Source: Clostridiales bacterium
GTDB taxonomy: Bacteria; Bacillota; Clostridia; Christensenellales; Aristaeellaceae
Direction of reading: 5' to 3'
Length of the DNA stretch: 64,000 bases
Assembly: GCA_022787165.1 (NCBI GenBank)
Contig: JALFVL010000004.1
Location: 192,425 to 256,424, forward strand
The position numbers and the translations under genes are program-made. This document shows, in pieces, positions 54,306 to 62,625 of this stretch. Below the pieces are notes generated by a model. That model saw nothing but the letters and a program-made list of their open reading frames with translations, searched no databases and was not told where the DNA came from. Each line of letters begins with the position of its first letter. Positions within the stretch are counted from its first letter, which is position 1.

Positions 54306-55291
54306 TGGATACGTTAATCGCATGGATTCTGCGCGCCATCCCCTTCGGCACGATCATCATGTACGGCGCGATGGGCGAAATCGTCACGGAAAAATCCGGC
54401 AATCTGAACCTCGGCGTTCCGGGCATCATGTATCTGGGCGGCTTTGCCGGCTTCGCCAGCGCCTACCTCTACGAGAACACCGCGCAAAACCCGAACATGG
54501 TCTTCTGCGTCGCGCTCGCGCTCGTCTGCGCGTTCCTCGCCGCGATGGCCGGCGGCCTGATTTACAGCTTCCTGACCATCAGCCTGCGCGCCAACCAGAA
54601 CGTCACCGGTCTCGCCCTGACGACCTTCGGCATGGGCGTGGCGAATTTCTTCGGCGTCTACATCCTCGACGGACGCACGGCGACCCAGAGCATGGTCTAC
54701 AAGACCTTCCAGACCAAGCTCCCCGTCCTCTCCGGCTGGGGCGTGCTCGGGCAGACGGTCTTCGGCTACGGCTTCATGGTCTACGCAGCCATCGTCCTGG
54801 CCATCCTCCTGCACGTCTTCCTCAACCGCACGCGCACGGGGCTCAACCTGCGCGCCATCGGCGAAAACCCGGCGACAGCCGATGCCGCAGGCATCTCCGT
54901 CACGCGCTACAAGTATCTGGCAACCTGTCTGGGCGCGGGCATCTCCGGCCTGGGCGGCATCTACTACGTGCTCGACTACAACCAGGGCATCTGGGCGACC
55001 ACGGGGCAGATCGAGGCGCTTGGCTGGCTGGCCGTCGCGCTGGTCATCTTCACAACCTGGAAGCCGCTCAACGCCATCTGGGGATCCTATCTCTTCGGCC
55101 TGCTCTACTGGCTCTACCAGTTCATGCCGACGCTGATGGGCTTCTCCGTCCCCGGCTACATCACCGACCTCATCCAGATGGTTCCCTACGTCGTGACCAT
55201 CGTCGTTCTGGTCGTGACCTCGCTGCGCAAGAAGCGCGAGGATCAGCCGCCGGCGAGCCTGGGCCTCGCCTACTTCCGGGAGGAGCGCTGA
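54305..55291 (+). CDS. ABC transporter permease (BMP-system, NupQ-like)
   Basis: ATG overlaps the upstream stop. Multi-TM, GEIVTEKSGNLNLGVPG motif. Confidence 0.9.
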   Translation: MDTLIAWILRAIPFGTIIMYGAMGEIVTEKSGNLNLGVPGIMYLGGFAGFASAYLYENTAQNPNMVFCVALALVCAFLAAMAGGLIYSFLTISLRANQNVTGLALTTFGMGVANFFGVYILDGRTATQSMVYKTFQTKLPVLSGWGVLGQTVFGYGFMVYAAIVLAILLHVFLNRTRTGLNLRAIGENPATADAAGISVTRYKYLATCLGAGISGLGGIYYVLDYNQGIWATTGQIEALGWLAVALVIFTTWKPLNAIWGSYLFGLLYWLYQFMPTLMGFSVPGYITDLIQMVPYVVTIVVLVVTSLRKKREDQPPASLGLAYFREER

Positions 55292-55393
55292 GCGCTCCTC
55301 CCTTTCCTGATACACTTGTCGAGCAAAGCATAATCGTTCTGGATCGCCTATGATCTGCCCACGAACGTTTCGCTCTGCTCTTCAAAATTAGCG

Positions 55394-55423
55394 TTGACTA
55401 ACCCATTCCTTTTCCCTTATAAT
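55394..55423 (+). promoter_or_regulatory. sigma-A-type promoter of the Mn riboswitch-mntP unit
   Basis: TTGACT (55394-55399), 18 nt spacer, TATAAT (55418-55423). Confidence 0.7.
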
Positions 55424-55425
55424 AG

Positions 55426-55553
55426 CAGGGCATTAGGGAGTAGTCAGCGTCCATCCGGGCGTGATAAGGCCAACATACTGGGGCTTGCCTCTGGCTTTAT
55501 ATGAAATGACGAGACTAATCTGATTCGCTCTGGCGGCAGATTAGTCTTTTTTT
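55426..55553 (+). promoter_or_regulatory. yybP-ykoY (manganese) riboswitch with terminator expression platform
   Basis: Conserved elements GGGAGTAG, CCAACATAC and GACGAGAC in the expected order. Terminator GACTAATCTG...CAGATTAGTC plus TTTTTTT (55513-55553). The downstream gene is mntP. Confidence 0.8.
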
Positions 55554-55588
55554 GTTCCCTGCCGCCCGCCATGAAACGGAGGATGCTC

Positions 55589-56149
55589 ATGAGTCTTTGG
55601 GAACTGTTTGTCATCGCTGTCGGCCTGTCGATGGATGCGTTCGCGGTCTCCATCTGCAAGGGCCTGTCCGTCAGAAAATGCGGTCTGCGTCACATGCTGA
55701 CCTGCGGGCTGTATTTCGGCCTCTTCCAGGCCGCCATGCCGCTGATCGGCTATTTGCTTGGCTCGCGCTTTGAGTCGCTGGTCACGTCGGTTGCCCCCTA
55801 CATCGCCTTTGCGCTTCTGGCGATCATTGGCTTCAACATGATCCATGAATCGCGCGGCGGCGGTGAGGAGGACAAGTCGGGCGACGATTTTTCGCCGCAC
55901 GCCCTGATACCGCTGGCCATCGCCACGAGCATCGACGCGCTCGCCGTCGGCGTCTCCTTTGCATTCCTGCGCGTGGATATCGTGCCCGCGGTGTCCTTCA
56001 TCGGCATCATTACGTTTGTCTGCTGTGTCGCGGGCGTAAAGATTGGCAATCTCTTTGGCAGCCGGTATGAAGCGAAGGCAGAATTCTTTGGCGGCGTCGT
56101 GCTCATCGCGATGGGCCTCAAGATTCTGATTGAGCATCTGATCTCCTGA
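55589..56149 (+). CDS. mntP: Manganese efflux pump MntP
   Basis: ORF trimmed to ATG 55589 (GGAGGA 5 nt upstream). Duplicated motif LSMDAFAVSI / TSIDALAVGVSF. 6 TM. Confidence 0.9.
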   Translation: MSLWELFVIAVGLSMDAFAVSICKGLSVRKCGLRHMLTCGLYFGLFQAAMPLIGYLLGSRFESLVTSVAPYIAFALLAIIGFNMIHESRGGGEEDKSGDDFSPHALIPLAIATSIDALAVGVSFAFLRVDIVPAVSFIGIITFVCCVAGVKIGNLFGSRYEAKAEFFGGVVLIAMGLKILIEHLIS

Positions 56150-56185
56150 TCGATCCATCACACGTTCATCAGCGCGAAGCAAAAT

Positions 56186-56229
56186 GCAGCGCCGCATCCT
56201 CACCGGATACGGCGCTGCGTTTTGTTTTT
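56186..56229. terminator. Bidirectional terminator between mntP and the convergent membrane-protein gene
   Basis: AAAATGCAGCGCCG-15 nt loop-CGGCGCTGCGTTTTGTTTTT. Confidence 0.7.
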
Positions 56230-56653
56230 ATCGCGCACTTTGATAGCTGATGGCGATGTGGCAGGGCGCGAAGACCAGCGACGAGAGCGTCAGCAGGAGG
56301 GAATGGCTCATGACGCCGCTGAACAGAAACAGGATGGACGGAAGGATCGACAGCGACAGCGCGCGGAACTTTCCGGGCCGCCTGAAGCACACGATCCAGA
56401 TGACGCAATACACCAGCGCGAGCAGCGCATCCACGATCAAATACAGCGCAAGCGCCTCGTCGGAGGAAAAGCCGAAGCCCGGCCCCGGCAGGATCATAAA
56501 CGCAAAGCAGCCGAAGCGGCCAATCTGCTCGAGCAGCTCCAGCGCACGGTTCGTGTGCGGATGGGCAAAGCCCTCCCTGCATCGCAGGGCTAACACGAGA
56601 TTCGGCACCAGGATAATGGCCATGAAGGTGAGCCCGAACACGTTGATTCTCAT
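56228..56653 (-). CDS. Small integral membrane protein, unknown function
   Basis: 141 aa, ~4 hydrophobic spans. GAGGGGAG RBS 6 nt upstream. Preferred over the overlapping Arg-rich 56169..56996 ORF. Confidence 0.55.
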   Translation of the reverse strand: MRINVFGLTFMAIILVPNLVLALRCREGFAHPHTNRALELLEQIGRFGCFAFMILPGPGFGFSSDEALALYLIVDALLALVYCVIWIVCFRRPGKFRALSLSILPSILFLFSGVMSHSLLLTLSSLVFAPCHIAISYQSAR

Positions 56654-56686
56654 GCGCTTCTCCCCTCTTCCACTCTCTCAGAGTTC

Positions 56687-57496
56687 TCACGCGATGCCAT
56701 AGAAGCGCTTCCCGTTTTCCCGGGTGACGTCGCAGAGCGCCTGCGCATCCATGCCGCGCAGCGCCGCGATAAACCGGCAGATATGCGCCACGTTGCAGGG
56801 GTCGTTGCGCCGCCCGCGCACGGGCTCCGGCGCGAGATACGGGCTGTCCGTCTCGATCATCAGACGGTCGAGGGGCACGTTCCTGGCGACCTCCTGCAGA
56901 TTCACCGAGCGCTTGAACGTCACCGGGCCCGCAAAGGAGATCATGCAGCCGAGGCTGAGATACATCTTCGCGCTCTCCCAGCTCGCCGAGCAGCAATGCA
57001 CGACGCAGGCGGGCAGCACATCCCTGTGCGCGCGCAGGATATCAATCGTGTCCCCATGCGCATCGCGGATGTGCAAAATGACGGGCTTCCCCAGCGCATA
57101 CGCCAGCTCGAGCTGGCACGCAAAGACCTCCTTCTGCACGTCCCGAGGCGAAAGATCGTAGTAATAATCCAGCCCGATCTCCCCAAGCGCGCGGACCTTC
57201 GGCTCCTGCGTCAGCCAGCGCGTGAGCACGGGCACGTCGTCCTCGGTGAAGGTCTTCGCGTCGTGCGGGTGAACGCCCACCGCGGCATAAATGCCCTCAT
57301 ACGCATTGGCCAGCGCCACGCTCGCCGCGCTCGAGGCCATGTCCGCGCCGACGCACATGCACAGCATGCTCCCCTCACGCATCCGGGCGAGCACCTCTGC
57401 CCGGTCCTCGTCAAAGCGGTTGTCCGTCGGATGCGCGTGAGTATCGAACAGGCCGTTGAGCTTGATTTCTTCGTCCATAGTCCCTCGATCAGCCAA
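56687..57496 (-). CDS. tatD: TatD-family metal-dependent hydrolase
   Basis: FDTHAHP, GEIGLDYY, HIRDAH, ETDSPYL motifs. Start uncertain (TTG 57496 or ATG 57478). Confidence 0.9.
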   Translation of the reverse strand: MADRGTMDEEIKLNGLFDTHAHPTDNRFDEDRAEVLARMREGSMLCMCVGADMASSAASVALANAYEGIYAAVGVHPHDAKTFTEDDVPVLTRWLTQEPKVRALGEIGLDYYYDLSPRDVQKEVFACQLELAYALGKPVILHIRDAHGDTIDILRAHRDVLPACVVHCCSASWESAKMYLSLGCMISFAGPVTFKRSVNLQEVARNVPLDRLMIETDSPYLAPEPVRGRRNDPCNVAHICRFIAALRGMDAQALCDVTRENGKRFYGIA

Positions 57497-59477
57497 TTTC
57501 GCAGCCGTCCTCCATGTCCGCGTCGACGGTCAGCAGGCTGAGCCTGCTGTCGTCCGCGTTCGCGGCGCACAGCAGCATGCCGTGGGACTCGATGCCGCGG
57601 ATCTTGCGCGGCGCGAGATTCGCCAGCAGGACAACCTTCTTGCCGACCATCTCCTCCGGTGTGTAGAACTTCGCGATGCCGGAGACGACGATGCGCTCCG
57701 TATTGCCCACCTTGAGCGTGGACATGAGCAGCTTGTCCGCCTTGGGTACCTTTTCACACTTGAGCACCTTCGCCACGACGAGCTGCATCTTTTCAAAGTC
57801 ATCAAACGCGATGAGATCCTTCTGCGTAAAGACGGTCTTCTCCTCGTCCTGCGGCGCGGGAAGCTCTTCCCTGGCCGCCTTCTGAGCTTCAGCCTGCGCT
57901 TGCTGATTCTCCGCCTCCAGGCGCTCGAGCTCCTTGGCGACGTCGATGCGCGGGAAGAGCGCCTCGCCCTTGTGGACAATGCTGCCCGGCTTCGCGCCGC
58001 CGAACGTCTTGATGGAATCCCAGGTCTTGAGCGCCTCGTCGGTCACGCCAATCTGCGCGAAGATGCGCTCCGGCGTGCGCGGCATGGTCGGGGCGATCAG
58101 CACGCCGACGATACGCGCGCACTCGAGCAGCACATACATCACCGTGCCCAGCCGCGGACGGTCCGCCTCGTTCTTGGCGAGGATCCACGGGGTCGTCAGG
58201 TCGATATAGCGGTTGCATTCGCCAATCAGCTTCCAGATCTCGGCCAGCGCGCCGGAGAACTGGAGCGCGTTCATGCTCTTCTCCACGCTCTGCCAGAGGC
58301 CCTGCGCCTGATCGATGATCCTGCGATCAAGCTCGGTGTATTCCGCCGGCGCCGGCACGACACCGCCGAAATATTTCTCGATCATCGCGACGCTGCGGCT
58401 GACGAGGTTGCCCAGGTCGTTGGCCAGATCCGCGTTGATGCGCTTGATCAGCGCCTCGTTGGTGAATTCGCCGTCGGAGCCAAACGGCACCTCGCGCATG
58501 AGGAAGTAGCGGATCGCGTCAGACGAATAGCGCTCGCAAAGCTTGACCGGATCGACGACGTTGCCCTTCGACTTGCTCATCTTGCCGCCGTTGATGACCA
58601 GCCAGCCATGGCCGAAGACCTGCTTGGGCAGCGGCAGACCGAGCGCATGCAGCATGATCGGCCAGATGATCGTGTGGAAGCGGACGATCTCCTTGCCGAC
58701 GAGGTGGATGTCCGCCGGCCAGTACTTCTGAAACAGCGAATCGTCGTCGGAGCCGTAGCCCAGCGCGTTGATGTAGTTCGTCAGCGCGTCGAGCCAGACA
58801 TAGACGGTGTGCTTCGGGTCGAAGTCGACCGGGATGCCCCACTTGATCGACGTGCGCGAGACACAGAGATCCTGCAGGCCGGGGATCAGGAAGTTGTTGA
58901 GCATCTCCGCCGTGCGCGTGGAGGGCTGAATAAAGTCCGGATGGGTCTTGATGTAATCGATCAGCCAGTCCTGATACTTGGAGAGGCGGAAGAAGTAGCT
59001 CTCCTCGCGCGTCTTCTCCACCGGGCGGCCGCAGTCGGGGCAGCATCCGTCCTTGAGCTGCAGCTCCGTCCAGAAGGACTCACAGGGCGTGCAGTACCAG
59101 CCCTCGTACTCGCTCTTGTAGATGTCGCCCTGATCATGCAGCTTTTTGAAAATCTTCTGAACGGACTTGACATGGCGCTCGTCCGTCGTGCGGATGAAGT
59201 CGTCGTATTCGATGTCCATCAGCTTCCAGAGCTTCTTGATGCCGTCGACGATGTGGTCGACATATTCCTGCGGGGTGACGCCCGCCGCCTCGGCCTTGCG
59301 CTCAATCTTCTGGCCATGCTCGTCCGTGCCCGTCAGGAAATAGACGTCATAACCGCTCTGCTTCTTAAAGCGCGCCATCGTGTCCGCAGCTGTTGAGGTA
59401 TAGCTGTGACCGATATGCAGGTTGTCGCTCGGATAATAAATCGGGGTCGTGATGTAAAACGTCGGTTTTTCGCTCAT
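57489..59477 (-). CDS. metG: Methionine-tRNA ligase (with C-terminal tRNA-binding domain)
   Basis: PIYYPSDNLHIGH (HIGH), KMSKSKGN (KMSKS), zinc knuckle CTPC...CPDCG, C-terminal EMAP/Trbp111-like domain. Confidence 0.97.
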   Translation of the reverse strand: MSEKPTFYITTPIYYPSDNLHIGHSYTSTAADTMARFKKQSGYDVYFLTGTDEHGQKIERKAEAAGVTPQEYVDHIVDGIKKLWKLMDIEYDDFIRTTDERHVKSVQKIFKKLHDQGDIYKSEYEGWYCTPCESFWTELQLKDGCCPDCGRPVEKTREESYFFRLSKYQDWLIDYIKTHPDFIQPSTRTAEMLNNFLIPGLQDLCVSRTSIKWGIPVDFDPKHTVYVWLDALTNYINALGYGSDDDSLFQKYWPADIHLVGKEIVRFHTIIWPIMLHALGLPLPKQVFGHGWLVINGGKMSKSKGNVVDPVKLCERYSSDAIRYFLMREVPFGSDGEFTNEALIKRINADLANDLGNLVSRSVAMIEKYFGGVVPAPAEYTELDRRIIDQAQGLWQSVEKSMNALQFSGALAEIWKLIGECNRYIDLTTPWILAKNEADRPRLGTVMYVLLECARIVGVLIAPTMPRTPERIFAQIGVTDEALKTWDSIKTFGGAKPGSIVHKGEALFPRIDVAKELERLEAENQQAQAEAQKAAREELPAPQDEEKTVFTQKDLIAFDDFEKMQLVVAKVLKCEKVPKADKLLMSTLKVGNTERIVVSGIAKFYTPEEMVGKKVVLLANLAPRKIRGIESHGMLLCAANADDSRLSLLTVDADMEDGCEIG

Positions 59478-59491
59478 GCTTTCCTCTCCTT

Positions 59492-59722
59492 AAAAAAACG
59501 CCCCCCGCTTCTGCGAGGGACGATTGATCGTGGTACCACCCTGTTTCGCCGGCAGCCTGCGCCGCCCGCCTTAAGGCCCGTAACGAGGGCAGACGCCGCG
59601 CTTATTCATCGCGGATGCTCCAAAGCCATGCCAGATTGCTCCTCGCCGCCGGCTTTCACCTCGCCCGGCTCTCTTTAGGCGCGAGTCTGATCTGCTCTCT
59701 TCTTCATCGCAAGCCATATACG
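59492..59722 (-). promoter_or_regulatory. T-box leader (probable Met specifier) controlling metG
   Basis: Minus strand: stem I start GCGATGAAGAAGAGAGCAG, AGAGA motif, candidate specifier GGCATGGC, conserved T-box AACAGGGTGGTACCACG, and terminator CGTCCCTCGC-AGAA-GCGGGGGGCG plus TTTTTTT, immediately before AAGGAGAGG and the ATG. Confidence 0.85.
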
Positions 59723-59727
59723 CACAT

Positions 59728-59756
59728 ATTATAGGGAGTTTTCCGGCTTTTGTCAA
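59728..59756 (-). promoter_or_regulatory. sigma-A-type promoter of the metG T-box leader
   Basis: Minus strand TTGACA, 17 nt spacer, TATAAT. Confidence 0.75.
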
Positions 59757-59773
59757 GCGGATGCGCGAGGATA

Positions 59774-61723
59774 TCAGCTCACCTCGGAGACATACCGCTG
59801 CCAGAGGATGCGCGCGACATTCCCCTCCCCGTCGAGATAATACGAAAGCTCCACAAAGACCTCGTTTTTATCCCCGATGGGATAATAATAGTGGATCGCA
59901 TAGCTGCCGTCGGCCTCCCTGCGATAGGTGCCAAACATCGTGTTGGCCGAATTGTAGTTGTAGAGCAGGCGGTTGCCGTCGTCGTCGAGCGGTGGATGTC
60001 CAAGATCTTGGAACAGCGCCATGACGTCCTCACCGCTCATGCCGACCTTGGTCGACCTGGGCCCGCTCATCTTCGTGCTGGTCGTGTCAAGCGCGTAGAG
60101 TACGGGGCTGCCGCCCGCCGTCTTGATGACAAAGCGCGCCGTTCCCCACTCATAGACGGCCTCGTAGCTCTCCAGTCCCTCGCTGTACCATTCTGCCTCG
60201 GGCAGCAGCTCATAGCTCTGCGGCGCGCCCCAGGCCTTGGTGAAGGTCTTGTAGCCCGTCGAATAGAGCTCCATGTTTTTGAACGTGTCCGAGGAGGTGA
60301 ACCTTCGTTTGAGGTTGCCCTCGACCTTGTAGGTCACCTGCATCTCGTAGCTGATCTTGCCATTGCTGGAGACCGCGATGGCGCGCAGCGTCGAGCTGCC
60401 GGCGGGTATCTGGATCGGCCCCGTGTAGAGGGTCGACTCGGTCGTCGCCTGCCGTCCATCAAGCGTATAGTAGATCGCGACAATCTTCGCATTCTCCTTC
60501 TCGTCCTCATCGCCGGGGCGCAAGGAGACCTTCGGCGCGTTCTTGTACTCGCCGGAGGCATAATTGGCCTTTGGCGCAGCGGGCGTCGGGATGACCACCG
60601 TGTAGTTGGCCGAAATCTGCTCGCTGGGCGTTCCGTTCTCCGAAAAGCCGATGGCCTTGACCGTCATCTTGCCCTCCGGGACGTGGATCTTCGTGCCCTC
60701 CATGTAAATCTGGCCCGATTCGGAGGGATCCGTTCCGTCCGTGGAGTAATACACGGTCTCTCCCTCCGGAATTGTGATCGTCACGTCGATCTCCTCGTTG
60801 TAGCGGCCGCCCTCCTTCGAGAAGGAAGGCGCAACCGGCGTAAACTCGCGCAGCATGACGTCGAATTCCTGCGTGCTCGTCGCGTTTTCCGAACCGAGCT
60901 TCATCAGGTCAATCGCCTCGGCGTTGTAGCCCTCCTCCTGATAGATCTTGATCAGATTGCGGTACGCGCTGGGATGGCTGGGCGCGATGTCGTTGATCAG
61001 CGACTCGTAGATCGTCTTGGCCTCCTCCACGCGCCCGAGCTCCGTATACGCCTGCGCCATCAGGATCAGCGCGTCAACGTTCTCCGGTTCGCGCTCGATC
61101 GCCACGCCGAGCGGCTCAAGCGCGCGCGTGAAGTAAGCCTGCTCGATAAGCTCCCTCCCGTAGGTCACATACGCATCCGTCCGTGCCACGGACCAGCCCC
61201 ACTGCGCCATCAGCCGCTGCCCGCTCTCTGAGCCGAAGAGCATATATCCGCATGCGGAGCCGGCAAATACCAAAATGAGCACGACGGCGAAGACAACGCG
61301 GCGCAGCCGCTTGTGCGATCGTTGGTAAATCGGCGGCTGAAGCATTGCGGGCCTGGCATCCACCTTGCGGCGGATGTGATCCGGCGCGCGACGTACATGG
61401 CGAACCTCGGCCTGCCTGCGCTCCTCCTGCCGGCTCAGACCGACAGGCACGCGGCTTGCGGACGCTCCCCTCTCCTTTGGCTTTTGGCCAGCCGTCCTGT
61501 CCGGCGTGGAGACCGTTCCCCGGTTTTTGCTCTTTTCCTGTTCTCCTTTGTGTCTGGCCAAGTCTTTGTCCGGGGCAACGCGGCGCCTGACGCGCACGGC
61601 CTCCTGCTCCTTGGGCAGGTCAACCTCCGCCTGGGCGCGCCTCGTCACGCGCTGCACCGCTGTGCAGCCCGGGCAAATCCGAGCGGTATCGGGCAATTCC
61701 CGGCCGCAGTTTGGACAAATCAC
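59774..61723 (-). CDS. Membrane-anchored protein: N-terminal zinc ribbon, basic linker, TM, TPR repeats, three chitobiase/hexosaminidase-C-like (Fn3-associated) repeats, unknown C-terminal domain
   Basis: GTG start 61723 (AAGGAGGAA 8 nt upstream). CPNCG...CPGC. TM VVFAVVLILVFAGSACGYMLF. TPR-like AYFTRALEPL...AYTELGRVEEA...YQEEGYNAEA. Repeats VYYSTDGTDPS, IYYTLDGRQAT. Confidence 0.75.
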   Translation of the reverse strand: MICPNCGRELPDTARICPGCTAVQRVTRRAQAEVDLPKEQEAVRVRRRVAPDKDLARHKGEQEKSKNRGTVSTPDRTAGQKPKERGASASRVPVGLSRQEERRQAEVRHVRRAPDHIRRKVDARPAMLQPPIYQRSHKRLRRVVFAVVLILVFAGSACGYMLFGSESGQRLMAQWGWSVARTDAYVTYGRELIEQAYFTRALEPLGVAIEREPENVDALILMAQAYTELGRVEEAKTIYESLINDIAPSHPSAYRNLIKIYQEEGYNAEAIDLMKLGSENATSTQEFDVMLREFTPVAPSFSKEGGRYNEEIDVTITIPEGETVYYSTDGTDPSESGQIYMEGTKIHVPEGKMTVKAIGFSENGTPSEQISANYTVVIPTPAAPKANYASGEYKNAPKVSLRPGDEDEKENAKIVAIYYTLDGRQATTESTLYTGPIQIPAGSSTLRAIAVSSNGKISYEMQVTYKVEGNLKRRFTSSDTFKNMELYSTGYKTFTKAWGAPQSYELLPEAEWYSEGLESYEAVYEWGTARFVIKTAGGSPVLYALDTTSTKMSGPRSTKVGMSGEDVMALFQDLGHPPLDDDGNRLLYNYNSANTMFGTYRREADGSYAIHYYYPIGDKNEVFVELSYYLDGEGNVARILWQRYVSEVS

Positions 61724-61772
61724 GAAAGCGGTTCCTCCTTAAATGATCGGTCAAATGAAAGCCGCGCGGGGC

Positions 61773-62600
61773 TTATACGCGCTTCAGGGACTCGTAATAG
61801 GGGTCGCCGGCAAATTCGCGCTCCGGCGGGCGGTCGCCGCCCAGCGCGTCAATCGCGCTGACGATTTCCACATAGTCAAGGTAATTGACGTCCACATCCT
61901 GCGCGGCTGCGTAGAGCGCGTCAAGCGCTCGCGGATCGCCCAGCTTCGCCAGATACGAGGCAAACAGCGCGCGGCGGTCCGAAGCATGGGCAAAGCGCTC
62001 CATCATCAGCTCAAAGATGCGCTCGTCTCCGGGAAAGTTGCTCAAAATGTCTGCAAATACGTCTCTGGCAGCCTCTGTCGCGGCACCAAGCGCGTCAAGA
62101 ACCGGCGAAACAACGCTCTCGCCCATCGAGATGAGCGCCTCGGCGCAGAGGTCGCCCTTCTCATCCGGCCCCTCGAGCGCCGCAATAAAATCGATGTATC
62201 GCTGCATCGGCTTCTCGCTCTCCAGCTCGCGCAGCAGCGAGATCGCTGTCATCTGCGCCTCGTCGGAGGCAGAGGGATCGTCAAGCAGCGTAAGAAGCGC
62301 CTTTTCCGCTTCATCGCCGAGCTCCGTGATGCGCTCCATGAGCAGATCCGGCACAGGCACACCCTGTCTCATGTATTCGACCATCCACGAAACAAGCGCC
62401 GCCGCGTCGTCATACTGCTCAAAGTAGCTCTCCGGCGTCTTTCCGTCGAGCCAGGGCGCAGGCTTTGCGAGAAACTCCATATAGACGTCGGGCATCATGC
62501 CCTCGATCACATCCATGTTGTTCTTGTATTTTTCACCGTTCGCCCTGACCCACGCGGCCGTATAGCGCTCAAACTGCTTGTCAAAATCAATGCACTTCAT
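61773..62600 (-). CDS. HEAT/ARM-like helical repeat protein, unknown function
   Basis: 275 aa acidic protein. Repeated ..A..LG..GD.RA...L patterns (LAKLGDPRALDALYAAA, SLLRELESEKP). Confidence 0.65.
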   Translation of the reverse strand: MKCIDFDKQFERYTAAWVRANGEKYKNNMDVIEGMMPDVYMEFLAKPAPWLDGKTPESYFEQYDDAAALVSWMVEYMRQGVPVPDLLMERITELGDEAEKALLTLLDDPSASDEAQMTAISLLRELESEKPMQRYIDFIAALEGPDEKGDLCAEALISMGESVVSPVLDALGAATEAARDVFADILSNFPGDERIFELMMERFAHASDRRALFASYLAKLGDPRALDALYAAAQDVDVNYLDYVEIVSAIDALGGDRPPEREFAGDPYYESLKRV

Positions 62601-62625
62601 GCTCTTTCTCCTTTTGTCCGGTATC

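Noticed and set aside
53178-55353. Large antisense or alternate-frame ORFs over the two BMP-system permeases (53178..54323 -, 54314..55315 -, 54322..55353 +)
   Set aside because: The permease frames show clear TM periodicity and translational coupling. The alternatives are charged, low-complexity sequences.
56169-56996. 275-aa minus-strand ORF spanning the tatD 3' region
   Set aside because: It is Arg/Ala/Gly-rich, overlaps tatD out of frame, and overlaps the better-supported 141-aa membrane protein, which has an RBS and a terminator.
57456-61231. 646-aa (57456..59396) and 493-aa (59750..61231) plus-strand ORFs
   Set aside because: They are antisense to metG and to the zinc-ribbon/TPR gene respectively. 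Both are Arg/Leu/Ala/Asp-rich and lack motifs, while the opposite-strand genes carry unmistakable signatures.
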